Below, one piece after another: positions 20,176-29,864 of a DNA stretch of 64,000 bases. The translations under genes were made by a program, and so were the position numbers. The notes under the pieces are model-generated. The model saw only the letters and a program-made list of their open reading frames with translations. It searched no databases and was not told the DNA's origin. The stretch covers positions 9,310 to 73,309 of the forward strand of contig NZ_CAUVME010000009.1 in assembly GCF_963553175.1 (NCBI RefSeq), written 5' to 3'. Source of the stretch: Oribacterium sinus. Its GTDB lineage: Bacteria > Bacillota > Clostridia > Lachnospirales > Lachnospiraceae. Position 1 is the first letter of the stretch, and every line of letters begins with the position of its first letter.

Positions 20176-21078
20176 ATGGATCTTGTTAAAATCGGAAAGT
20201 ATATTGCGGGAAAAAGAAAGAATTTGGGGCTGACCCAAAAGCAGCTTGCCGAGAAAATAGGTATGAGTGATAAGTCTGTCTCCAAGTGGGAGAGAGGTAT
20301 TTGCCTTCCGGATGTATCGCTTTATTTTGACCTTTGTTCCATTTTAGGCATTAGTATTAACGAGTTTTTAGCCGGCGAAGATATTGTCAATGAGAATATT
20401 GAAAAGAAGTCGGAAGAAAATATCATCAGTGTTGTAACAGACAGTGAACACAGACAAAAAAGATTAAAATATATCATCTGTGCATTGCTGATTCTTTCCA
20501 TACTTACAACTGCGGTAATTGCTACTTCCCTATATCGTGCCTACAGGCCGATGAACTTTATTACACCGATGGACGAGAATAGTGTAGAAATGCAGACGGT
20601 GAATCTGATTGCCGGGCCGGATGGAGCAAATGCTTATCAATTTACGACCACTGATAAGTTTGCTCGACTCAAGATTTATTATTCAGAATATCATCAGGGA
20701 AAACTGCTAAACAAAGAACCGATAGAGATTGGCTTTGAGGATATGGATTCCCCGAAAAATGGAGGCATTATCATCGTTCCGGATTATGATCATGCAATAA
20801 TAAAGCTTGTGGTTTGGACAGATGCGGAAGCTAAGGCTTCTATAAACTTGCCTCTTATGGAAGGGGTAGAGGGAAGAGAATACTATATCAGATCACAGAT
20901 TCGAATAGAGGGAGAACCAGAAATCCTTTATGACACTGAAGACGTATTGCTGGCATGGGTATATGATAAGGATGAGCTAAAGATCCCGAATCTTCAGGAT
21001 TTGCTCTTAGAAAAAACCGATGCCTTCTCTGAGGATGAGTATATCTATATTTTCTCTTATGAGTTTTGCAAAAAATAA
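20176..21078 (+). CDS. XRE-family HTH regulator with TM helix and C-terminal extracytoplasmic domain
   Basis: LTQKQLAEKIGMSDKSVSKWERG HTH, followed by TM segment YIICALLILSILTTAVIA. Confidence 0.85.
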   Translation: MDLVKIGKYIAGKRKNLGLTQKQLAEKIGMSDKSVSKWERGICLPDVSLYFDLCSILGISINEFLAGEDIVNENIEKKSEENIISVVTDSEHRQKRLKYIICALLILSILTTAVIATSLYRAYRPMNFITPMDENSVEMQTVNLIAGPDGANAYQFTTTDKFARLKIYYSEYHQGKLLNKEPIEIGFEDMDSPKNGGIIIVPDYDHAIIKLVVWTDAEAKASINLPLMEGVEGREYYIRSQIRIEGEPEILYDTEDVLLAWVYDKDELKIPNLQDLLLEKTDAFSEDEYIYIFSYEFCKK

Positions 21079-21225
21079 GGGATTTATATGCATCGAAGCG
21101 GAAAGCATTGGATTGACCCGGAAATAAGGGTATTAGTCCGGGAGGATTGTTATTAGCTCGGAAGTATTGGAATACTTCGATAAAAGAATATCATGAAATC
21201 GAAAGATAGAGGAATAGGAGGAGCT

Positions 21226-21951
21226 ATGGGAAAAAAGGAAGACTGGAAAGAAGCCATCATCAATGCCCTCTTTCCTCCTCGCTGTATCCTTTGTGATGAG
21301 CTTACGGAAAGCGGAAAAGAAGAAATCTGTCCTGCCTGCAAAGCTTACGAAATAATCATGGAGGAGCCGGTCTGTAAAAAATGCGGACGAGGGATTCTTT
21401 TGGATACGGAGGAGTACTGCGGAAACTGTAAAAGACACCGTTTTTCCTTTTCTACCGGTATGATGCTGTATGAATTAACAGAGGAAGTAGAGGATGCTTT
21501 AGTGCTTCTGAAGTATAAAGGCAGAAAAGATAAAGGTGTCTTTTTCGGAAAGAAAGCCGGAGAAGTTTTTCGGAAAAAGATAGAAGAACTGGGGATTCAG
21601 GCCATTATTCCTGTGCCGGTGCACCCAAACAGAAGAAGGGAAAGGGGCTATAATCAGGCAGAGGTCATAGGAGAAAGCCTAGCAAAGGTCTGCGGCATCC
21701 CTCTGGTTTCAGAGTATCTACAGAGAGTCAAGAAAACAAAGGCCCTAAAGGACTGTAGCCCGGAGGAAAGACTATTAAATCTCTTGGAAGCAATTCACTG
21801 TGAAGCATTACCCTCGGATGTAAAGCGTGTGCTTTTGGTGGATGACATCTTTACCACCGGAGCCACTATGGAGGCTTGCAGCAGAAAGCTCCTAGAAGCC
21901 GGAGCGGAGGAAGTGCATATCCTTTCCATAGCAGGAAGGGTAGAGCGATAG
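21226..21951 (+). CDS. comF: ComF/ComFC family protein (double zinc ribbon + PRTase)
   Basis: FPPRCILC, CKKCG, RGYNQAE, LLVDDIFTTGAT; AGGAGG RBS before ATG 21226. Confidence 0.92.
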   Translation: MGKKEDWKEAIINALFPPRCILCDELTESGKEEICPACKAYEIIMEEPVCKKCGRGILLDTEEYCGNCKRHRFSFSTGMMLYELTEEVEDALVLLKYKGRKDKGVFFGKKAGEVFRKKIEELGIQAIIPVPVHPNRRRERGYNQAEVIGESLAKVCGIPLVSEYLQRVKKTKALKDCSPEERLLNLLEAIHCEALPSDVKRVLLVDDIFTTGATMEACSRKLLEAGAEEVHILSIAGRVER

Positions 21952-22875
21952 TTAGAATGACTCTTCCTCGGAGAAGGAGGACCAATACTCCTCCGCTAAG
22001 GAAATCAATTCTACCAGGGCCTTCGTTAGAGGCTTATCTTTCCGATACACCGCCACCGCATTCATTTTCGGATGTGTCTTACAGGGAATCAGGCGGATGC
22101 TGTCCGGTACATGGGCACGGTTATTGCTACCGATAAAGGAGCAGTAATCTGAAGATTCCACAAGAGCCATTTGATAATGAATTCCCTCCACATCCATAGG
22201 CACATAGGGGTCAATGCCTGCATCTTCAAAGGCCATTTCCGCAACGGATCGTTCAGTAGAATCCTTTGGCGCCAGCACAAAGGGAAGTTCGGCGAGCTTA
22301 GCCAAATCAATTTCTTCCAAATCTTCCTCTTCTTCTAAAACCTCTAATAAAGGATGATTTTTGGCAATAGCCAAAAGCAATTCTACCTTTCCCAGCAGCT
22401 TATATTCCATACGATAGCTTTGCTTATCCCCCATTAAGACAATACCTAAATCAATGGTGCCGTTTTTCACCAATTCCTGTGCCTTTAAGCCCTTCATAGA
22501 GGTAAATTGCAATTTTACATTGGGATGGCTTTCGTGGAATTTTTGGAAAATGTAGCACATCATATAGTCTCCCTGAAGTCCTGTGGCTCCGATGGCAATT
22601 TCTTCGTTATGAAGCTGGCTAAGCTCTGCAATCTTGGCATAGCAGTCCTTCTTCATATTCATCATTTTCCGGGCTGCTTCCACATAGATTCTGCCGGCCT
22701 CCGTTACGCTACATTCATTTCCTTTGCGGGCAAAGAGCTTTGTGCCCAGCTCCCGCTCCAGATTTAAAAGCTGTAAATTCAAAGCAGGCTGGGAGATAAA
22801 AAGTCGTTCTGCCGCCCTGCTGATATTTTTTTCCTCTGCAATTCTTAGGATATGTTCTAATTTCTTTAAGTCCAT
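21952..22875 (-). CDS. LysR family transcriptional regulator
   Basis: NISRAAERLFISQPAL...LERELG HTH. Confidence 0.93.
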   Translation of the reverse strand: MDLKKLEHILRIAEEKNISRAAERLFISQPALNLQLLNLERELGTKLFARKGNECSVTEAGRIYVEAARKMMNMKKDCYAKIAELSQLHNEEIAIGATGLQGDYMMCYIFQKFHESHPNVKLQFTSMKGLKAQELVKNGTIDLGIVLMGDKQSYRMEYKLLGKVELLLAIAKNHPLLEVLEEEEDLEEIDLAKLAELPFVLAPKDSTERSVAEMAFEDAGIDPYVPMDVEGIHYQMALVESSDYCSFIGSNNRAHVPDSIRLIPCKTHPKMNAVAVYRKDKPLTKALVELISLAEEYWSSFSEEESF

Positions 22876-23243
22876 GCTGTCTCTAATACTCCTTTATCTC
22901 AGGAGGATTTTTCTTAAAATTTATGTTCTCAAAAATTCTTTGAGAAGCTTTTTCTATGCTACAGTTTTTGAAAATCCCCTAAGCTGTCTTGTAAAGGTAT
23001 ATCGGCAAAAAAGAAAAGCCTATCAATAGCAAAAAGAAAAGCCTGGCAAGCTCATTTTATTTGACAGATTCCTTAGTTCCATGTAAAGTGAAAAAAATTT
23101 AAATGCAATTTTATTTTGTTGCAGTGCAAACTAAAGGAGGAAAGGAATTCAGTTCCTTAGATATATATTGTCCATAGCTGCCGAAATAAAATAGAGCATT
23201 TATTACTGCAAAGCATTAATTCCCTTGAAAGGAGAAAAATAAA

Positions 23244-24755
23244 ATGAAAAAAAGAGAAGCAGGGGTATTACTTCCTTTATTTTCCTTACCGGGAGAAGAG
23301 GGAATCGGAACTATGGGAAAGGAAGCCAGAGCATTTATAGACTTTTTGGCGGAGACGGGAAACCGGGTTTGGCAGATTCTTCCCATGGGGCCAACAGGTT
23401 ACGGAGATTCTCCCTACCAGTCCTTTTCCGCCTTTGCGGGAAATCCGTACTTTATTGATTTGGAAAGCCTGAAAGAGGAAGGTCTTTTGGAAGAGGCGGA
23501 TTTGGAAAAGGAACGCTTTAAGGAATCCAAAGAGAAGATTTCCTATGGACTTTTGTATGAACTCAAGCACAAAATCCTCCGAAAGGCCTATGAAAACTGG
23601 CTTTCCAAGGGGGGGAATCTTTCTGTGCTTTTGGAGGGAAGAAGCAAGGAAAATTTTGACTATTGCCTCTTTATGGCTTTAAAGGACTTTTTTAACGGCA
23701 TTCCCTGGCTTTCCTTTGAAAAGCCCTATCGGGATAAGGATCAAGCGACTATAGAGAAGTTTTTGGAGGAGCACAAGCAGGAAGTGGGCTATTATGCCTT
23801 TTTGCAAATGCAGTACGATAAGCAGTGGCAGGCTCTTTTAGCCTATGCCCATGAGAAGGATATCCTGATATTTGGCGATATTCCCATTTATTGTGCCATG
23901 GACAGTGCGGATGCTTGGGGAAATCGGGGATTGTTCCAGTTTGATGAAACAGGATACCCCTCTTCTGTTGCAGGAGTACCGCCTGATGCCTTTTCCGAGA
24001 CCGGACAGCTTTGGGGAAATCCCTTGTATGACTGGGAGAAGCACAAGGCGGAAGATTACGCTTGGTGGTGTAAGCGGATGGAATATTGCTTGAATCAATT
24101 TGACCTGCTGCGAGTAGATCATTTCCGTGGCTTCGAGTCCTATTATGCGGTAGAGTATGGTGCGGAAACCGCCATGGTGGGAGAGTGGAGAGAAGGACCG
24201 GGCTTTGGTCTTTTTCAGGCGATTCAGAAGCATTTTCAGAAGGAAGAACTGCCGATTATTGCAGAAGACCTGGGAGTAATCACCAAGGAAGTGGAAGAGC
24301 TGATTGCAAAAACCGGTTTTCCCGGCATGAAGATTTTGCAGTTTGCATTTTCCGACTTTGAAAATGTCTACCTGCCCCATATGTTAAAGGATAGTAATTC
24401 CGTGTATTATACCGGAACTCATGATAACGATACCTTGAGAAACTGGTTTGAAACCCTGTCAGATTGGGAGAGGAGCAATGTATACCATTACCTTTCCCGC
24501 TCCCAAAATGACTGGAATGCAATGACAGAGCTTTTGATTAAGACTGCCCTTTCCAGCATTTCCTATTTATGCATAATTCCTGCAGGAGATTATCTGGAAT
24601 GCGGAGCAGAGGGAAGAATCAATGCGCCGGGAACTGCGGAAGGAAACTGGCAGTGGCGTCTTCCGGAAAATGCTTTTAACGAAGAAAAGAAGGCTGTGAT
24701 TTCGGACTTGCTTAGGACTTATGGGCGTTTCCATAGTCCCGTGCCCCAAAAATAA
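23244..24755 (+). CDS. malQ: 4-alpha-glucanotransferase (amylomaltase, GH77)
   Basis: WQILP, GVPPDAFSETGQLWGNP, RVDHFRG, IAEDLG, YTGTHDNDT. Confidence 0.96.
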   Translation: MKKREAGVLLPLFSLPGEEGIGTMGKEARAFIDFLAETGNRVWQILPMGPTGYGDSPYQSFSAFAGNPYFIDLESLKEEGLLEEADLEKERFKESKEKISYGLLYELKHKILRKAYENWLSKGGNLSVLLEGRSKENFDYCLFMALKDFFNGIPWLSFEKPYRDKDQATIEKFLEEHKQEVGYYAFLQMQYDKQWQALLAYAHEKDILIFGDIPIYCAMDSADAWGNRGLFQFDETGYPSSVAGVPPDAFSETGQLWGNPLYDWEKHKAEDYAWWCKRMEYCLNQFDLLRVDHFRGFESYYAVEYGAETAMVGEWREGPGFGLFQAIQKHFQKEELPIIAEDLGVITKEVEELIAKTGFPGMKILQFAFSDFENVYLPHMLKDSNSVYYTGTHDNDTLRNWFETLSDWERSNVYHYLSRSQNDWNAMTELLIKTALSSISYLCIIPAGDYLECGAEGRINAPGTAEGNWQWRLPENAFNEEKKAVISDLLRTYGRFHSPVPQK

Positions 24756-25431
24756 AGGAGCCGACACGAACCATGGTAGCCCCTTCTTCGACGGCTACTT
24801 CATAATCTCCGCTCATCCCCATGGAAAGTTCCTTAAGGGGAAGGGCGGGGAATTTTTTTTGCATATTTGTTAAGAGATTTTTTAATGCCCGAAAATGAAC
24901 CCGGTTCTCCTCCGGATTCTCTGTAAAAGGAGCAACGGTCATAAAACCGCAGAGTTTGACATGGGGGAGATCTTTACATTCCTCCAAAGCCTGCTCCACC
25001 TCTTCCAAGAAGAAGCCGGATTTACTTTCTTCCTTAGCTACATTGACTTCTAATAAAACGGAGGCAAGTTCCTCTTTCTTGGCGTATTCCTTTTCCACCT
25101 CTAAAGCCAGGGGAAGGGAGTCAATGGAATGAATCATCTTTACTCTGCCGGGAAGATATTTTACCTTATTCTTCTGAAGAGAACCAATCATATGAAAAGA
25201 GGGGGCATCCTTTAGTAAAAGGCTATCCTCCTGCAGGAGGGCAAATTTGTCCCGGATTTCCTGCACCTTGTTCTCTCCGAAATCCCGAATGCCAAAGCTA
25301 TAGGCTTCCTGAATGGCTTCGTAGGGCTTGGTTTTGGAAACGCCGATAAGAAGAACCTCCTCCGGCTTTCTTCCGGACCTTTCACAGGCCTTACGAATAT
25401 TTTCCCGAACAATTTGAATTTCTATTTCCAT
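24712..25431 (-). CDS. yggS: PLP homeostasis protein YggS/PROSC
   Basis: VSKT, FGENKVQE, HMIGSLQKNK, LSMGMSGD; 3' end overlaps malQ by 44 bp. Confidence 0.95.
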   Translation of the reverse strand: MEIEIQIVRENIRKACERSGRKPEEVLLIGVSKTKPYEAIQEAYSFGIRDFGENKVQEIRDKFALLQEDSLLLKDAPSFHMIGSLQKNKVKYLPGRVKMIHSIDSLPLALEVEKEYAKKEELASVLLEVNVAKEESKSGFFLEEVEQALEECKDLPHVKLCGFMTVAPFTENPEENRVHFRALKNLLTNMQKKFPALPLKELSMGMSGDYEVAVEEGATMVRVGSFIFGARDYGNAHKS

Positions 25432-25513
25432 AGGAGTTTCCTTTCTACTAAAGTTATATATACAGATAACTCTATTATAGAAGCTTTTTAGAGAAAGGAC
25501 TATAGAAAAAGCG

Positions 25514-25620
25514 AAGTTAAACTGCGACTTGTAACCCTATTGTAACCAAAGTTAAGTTGTGACTTATAACTTCAGTGCAAGCAAAGTTAAACTGCGACTC
25601 GTAACCCTATTGCAATCAAA
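25514..25620. repeat. 35-bp tandem repeat x3 (A-B-A)
   Basis: Units start AAGTTAA at 25514, 25549 and 25584; units 1 and 3 are near-identical, unit 2 is diverged. Confidence 0.85.
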
Positions 25621-25646
25621 GTGCAGCGCTTTCAAGTCTGCACGAT

Positions 25647-26516
25647 TTAGAACAAGCGGTATGTTCCCACCACGAAATATTCCTCCGGAACCTTCCACTC
25701 AGGCTTCTTCTCCACGGTGCCTACGGTCCAGCTATCCGGCTTATGGAAATGTGCGGTCAGAACGGTATGGAAGTAGAACATTACAATACCGTCATTTAAG
25801 TACCGGTCTTCCTTGGTGATATGCTTAACCTCCCGATCCAGAAGATAGAGCATATTGTCTTCTATTAAGAAACGATAGGTCTGGCGATTCAATGCGGCCG
25901 GGGCAAGACTTGAGGCATAAAAGGCCTTCTCCCAGTTCGGATCCATGGCATCCTCGGCAAAATCACAGTTCTGTCCGAAAACAGACTGGGAAACCAGTTC
26001 ATCCATGGCAATCTTAGGGGCAATATGTCCTTTGATTTTTTCCATGCGTACATCGGATCTGGACTTAATATCAATACGATTGCTGTCCTTCTCCGGATTA
26101 CCATGTCCAAAGCTAATGCAGGTGGTAACCGTAAGGGGAGAACTAATATTTAAAGCGGTTTTTACCGCCTTTGCTTCGTTAATCGATAAAAAGCAGGTAT
26201 TTAATTTCAGTTCTGTAAGCTTTAACTCTAACTGTGCAGCCAGATAACCCGCATGGATGTAGCCTTCTTCGCTGTCCTCTCCCAAAAGCAGAATATAGTT
26301 AGGGGCAAAAAAAGCATTTCCCATATAGCCTACGATGCCTTCCAAACGAGGACCGGCTTCCTTTCCCAGTAAAAGAATCTCAGTCTTCTGCTCCGGAATA
26401 AGGGGAGACAGCTCCTTCATATACTGCCGTACCTGCTCCAGCAACTTTTCATCTACCTTCTTATCCTTATAGCTACGGATGGAACTCCGTTCTTTAATGA
26501 GCTCTCTCCACTTCAT
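25647..26516 (-). CDS. Nitroreductase family protein (two-domain)
   Basis: IKERSSIRSY N-terminal FMN motif; second-domain LAPAALNRQ. Confidence 0.85.
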   Translation of the reverse strand: MKWRELIKERSSIRSYKDKKVDEKLLEQVRQYMKELSPLIPEQKTEILLLGKEAGPRLEGIVGYMGNAFFAPNYILLLGEDSEEGYIHAGYLAAQLELKLTELKLNTCFLSINEAKAVKTALNISSPLTVTTCISFGHGNPEKDSNRIDIKSRSDVRMEKIKGHIAPKIAMDELVSQSVFGQNCDFAEDAMDPNWEKAFYASSLAPAALNRQTYRFLIEDNMLYLLDREVKHITKEDRYLNDGIVMFYFHTVLTAHFHKPDSWTVGTVEKKPEWKVPEEYFVVGTYRLF

Positions 26517-26930
26517 AATGTGTCCTCTCTTTCTCCTGAATCAGTGATTTTTTCCAGTCTCTTCCTATAAAAATAGGAGAGTTTTTCTAAATAGACTAAA
26601 GCTATTCTATCATAAGAATGGGAAAAGCTCTAAGAGAACTTTGCATTTCTACAGTTTTCTTTGTAGAAAGTCCTGACGGATATTTGTAGAAAACGGCGAG
26701 ACGAAATATATTCTCTTTGTGGAAAATGGAGTGAGAAAGGGAAGCCCTTTATGATATTTTGCAGAAAAGGGAGCAAAAAAGAAGTCTTATGCATTTTAGG
26801 TACCGCGCCGAAATATGGGGTGTAGATTTCCTACTCTTTTTTTAAAATTCTCGAAAGAGTATTGCAGGAGCATAGGGGAAAGAGTATAGTAATAACGTTT
26901 CTTAATTTTAAATAGATAGAAAGGGAACAG

Positions 26931-27476
26931 ATGGATTTAAAGAAAGAACATCTTGAATTTATTCAGCAGTTTAAAGAAATTACGGAAAATAAGGAATATT
27001 GTAAGTTGAAGGCGGTGCCTCGGCATGGAAGTACCAATACCTTCGACCATAGTGTTCGTGTGGCCTATATGGCATATCATTTGGCAAAAAGCTGGGGCAT
27101 GGATGCGGACAGCGCGGCCAGAATCGGTTTCCTTCATGATTTTTGCATGATTGACTATCATAAGGATGACGGTACTACCCATAACGGACGTTGGTACTGC
27201 TTTTATCATCCGGAGGATGCGGTGGAGAACTCCGAAGCACAGAATTTTGCTTTAACGGAGACAGAGAAGAGAGCGATTTTAACCCATATGTTCCCTCTTT
27301 CTACCCGTATTCCCAACAGCAGGATAGCCTATTTATTGACTTTATCCGACAAGACCGTAGCCCTGCAGGAGTCTTGGCAGAATGCGGTGGATGCCTTTGC
27401 CAGATTCAGAGAGATGCTGCATCTTTCTCCCAAGAAGGCACCGGTTTATGTCCGGAACAGAGAGGATGAAGAATAA
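26931..27476 (+). CDS. HD-domain phosphohydrolase
   Basis: HSVRVA...GFLHD...H...THMFP...SDK. Confidence 0.85.
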   Translation: MDLKKEHLEFIQQFKEITENKEYCKLKAVPRHGSTNTFDHSVRVAYMAYHLAKSWGMDADSAARIGFLHDFCMIDYHKDDGTTHNGRWYCFYHPEDAVENSEAQNFALTETEKRAILTHMFPLSTRIPNSRIAYLLTLSDKTVALQESWQNAVDAFARFREMLHLSPKKAPVYVRNREDEE

Positions 27477-27511
27477 AATTTTTCGGAGATTTTTCTCCTA
27501 CTATAAAAATG

Positions 27512-27550
27512 GAGCGACTTTCGGTTTTCGAGGTCGTTCTATTTTTTTAT
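27512..27550 (+). terminator. Intrinsic terminator
   Basis: GAGCGACTTTCG/CGAGGTCGTTC stem followed by a T-run. Confidence 0.6.
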
Positions 27551-27801
27551 TTTCTCTAATGGATCCATATTTTCGACTTTTTTATAGCCCATATTCAAAT
27601 TTTTCCTGATGACTCTCTTTTTGATTCGCGGCTTTATGCTATACCCTTGTGCTAAAGAGGGAAAAGTTGTATTTTTATTTCTGGACAAAAGCTTTTATAC
27701 GCATAGAGAAATATTATATTGTCGGATAACAATTCGATCGTCAAAAGAATACTATACAGCAAGAAGATTATTTGCTTCCTGCGTGAGAAGGTGAATATTT
27801 C

Positions 27802-29427
27802 ATGGAACAAAATAAGGACAACAAAAAATCAATAGGGAAAATGCTCCTTCCCTATCTTTTATTTTTTCTGCTGGGATTATGCTGCCTGTTTCGCTTGTCC
27901 TATCTTTTTTTGGTCAGCAACTGGGAAGAGCTTACGGTAGATGAGATTCTCTTTCATATTTTCGCTCCTATGGGTGGAGCCAACGGACATCTGGTACAGC
28001 TTTTTATTACCACAGCCTTGGCCCCTGCCATTCTTTTATGGCTATCCCTCTCTGTATTTTATTATTATTTCTATCAAAAGCAAAAGAAGCGAAATTTCCT
28101 TCCCAAAATCAAGAAGGCCTTCCTGCCTCTATGCGGTTTTTTCAGCATTTTCCTTGTGGCAGTGACCATTGCAGATGCCTGGGACGGTATTTCTCTTGGT
28201 TCCTTTTTAAGCTCTCAGTTTCAATCCTCCAAGTTTATTGAAGAGCATTATGTGGATCCGAAGAATGTGGACTTGAAATTTCCGGAGAAGAAAAGAAATC
28301 TTATCTATATTTATATGGAGTCCACAGAGCTTACCTTTATGGACAAGGAACACGGCGGAGATTTTCCGGAGAATCTTCTGCCCGAGCTGATGGCCTTGGG
28401 GGAAGAGGGAGAGGACTTTGCCGGAGAGGGTGAGAAAAGGAATGGGGGAATTGCCCTTCCCGGAGCCACCTGGACCATGGGAGCGATTTTTGGAGAGAGC
28501 ACCGGTCTTCCTTTGAAAATCTCCATTGAGCAAAATTCTATGGATAGCCAGAAGCATTTTTTCCCTTCCGTAACCGCCCTGGGCGATATTTTGGAGGAGG
28601 AAGGTTATAATCAAAAATTCCTCTTAGGCTCTGTAGGCTATTTTGGCGGAAGAGAGCTTTTCATGGAGGATCACGGAAATGTAGCCGTGGAGGATTTTTC
28701 CTATTGGAAGAGAAAAGGCAAATTTCCCAGAAACTATTGGGTGAACTGGGGCTTTGAGGACGAGAAGCTTTTTCTGTACGCGAAGGAAGAATTGGAAAAT
28801 CTGGGGAAGGCGGAACAACCCTTTAATTTAACTCTGCTTACAGTGGATACCCATTTTCCGGATGGTTATGTGTGCAGACTTTGTGAAAGAAAACACCCGA
28901 AAAATCAGTATGCGGATGTTTACCAATGTACATCCCGGCAGGTATCCAACTTTGTTCACTGGGTACAGCAGCAGCCTTTTTATGAAAATACAACCATAGT
29001 CATTTCCGGGGATCACCCCACAATGGATCACGATTTTTGTAATGATGTGGAAAAAAGCTATCAAAGAAAGGTTTTCACCACCTATCTAAATGCTGTTCCC
29101 GGGGTGGAAGAAAAAAAATATCGGGAATACAGTACTTTTGATGATTTTCCCACCACTTTGGCAGCCATGGGGGTAGAAATTCCGGGAGATAAGCTGGGAC
29201 TAGGCAGAAATTTATTTTCCAATACCCCAACCCTTATAGAAGAATACGGATTAAAGCATGTAAAAAAAGAACTGGAAAAACGCTCCGACTTTATGATATC
29301 CCTGGGACAGATTGACAAAGAATCCGCCTTTATCCAGAAGGAAGAAAAGAAGAAGGAAAAAGAGGAGAAGAAAAAGAAGGAGGTGGAGGAGCAAAGCAAA
29401 AAAATAAAAGAAACGCAGAGGAAGTGA
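27802..29427 (+). CDS. LTA synthase / phosphoglycerol transferase family (sulfatase fold)
   Basis: N-terminal TMs, NLIYIYMES, LTVDTH, ISGDH, LGLGRNLFS. Confidence 0.88.
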   Translation: MEQNKDNKKSIGKMLLPYLLFFLLGLCCLFRLSYLFLVSNWEELTVDEILFHIFAPMGGANGHLVQLFITTALAPAILLWLSLSVFYYYFYQKQKKRNFLPKIKKAFLPLCGFFSIFLVAVTIADAWDGISLGSFLSSQFQSSKFIEEHYVDPKNVDLKFPEKKRNLIYIYMESTELTFMDKEHGGDFPENLLPELMALGEEGEDFAGEGEKRNGGIALPGATWTMGAIFGESTGLPLKISIEQNSMDSQKHFFPSVTALGDILEEEGYNQKFLLGSVGYFGGRELFMEDHGNVAVEDFSYWKRKGKFPRNYWVNWGFEDEKLFLYAKEELENLGKAEQPFNLTLLTVDTHFPDGYVCRLCERKHPKNQYADVYQCTSRQVSNFVHWVQQQPFYENTTIVISGDHPTMDHDFCNDVEKSYQRKVFTTYLNAVPGVEEKKYREYSTFDDFPTTLAAMGVEIPGDKLGLGRNLFSNTPTLIEEYGLKHVKKELEKRSDFMISLGQIDKESAFIQKEEKKKEKEEKKKKEVEEQSKKIKETQRK

Positions 29428-29450
29428 TGAAACAATGCAATGGTATAGTC

Positions 29451-29589
29451 GCTTTCGAGCAGTATAGCTTGTAGCAGGGGCACGCTCCCGCTAACCTCGC
29501 CTCGCAGGGGTTCTAAGCTTTTAAAAAACAAAAGCCAAGAACCCGCGGGCTCAGATTGCCCCTTATCACAAGCTATACTGTTCGAAAGC
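29451..29589 (+). repeat. Palindromic repeat element, copy 3
   Basis: Arms GCTTTCGAGCAGTATAGCTTGT and ACAAGCTATACTGTTCGAAAGC; core GGGGCACGCTCCCGCTAACCTCGCC...GCGGGCTCAGATTGCCCC. Confidence 0.85.
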
Positions 29590-29864
29590 TGATGGATACT
29601 CGCCTTGCTAACATCACTTCCTCTGTGTTTCTTTTAAAATTTATGCTTAGCGTGTAGGTGAGAGCTAAGAGTGTTCCTCTTACTACAAGCTATACTGTTC
29701 GAAAGCTGATAGATACTCGCCTTTCTACCATCACTTCTTTTGTGTTTCTTTTAAAATTTATGCTTAGCGTGTAGGTGAGAGCTAAGAGTGTTCCTCTTAC
29801 TACAAGCTATATTGTTCGAAAGCTAATGGATACTCGCTTTTCTCCTCATCACTTCTTCTGCGTT
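29568..29864. repeat. 117-bp tandem repeat, about 2.5 copies
   Basis: ACAAGCTATA.TGTTCGAAAGC recurs at 29568, 29685 and 29802; the last copy runs into the HAD gene stop codon. Confidence 0.9.

Noticed and set aside
24712..24755. 44-bp convergent overlap of malQ and yggS
   Set aside because: Short tail overlaps of convergent genes are common; no sign of anything more.
25514..25620. Possible mini-CRISPR (35-bp repeat-spacer-repeat)
   Set aside because: The apparent spacer is itself a diverged copy of the repeat, and there are no cas genes; it is a tandem repeat.
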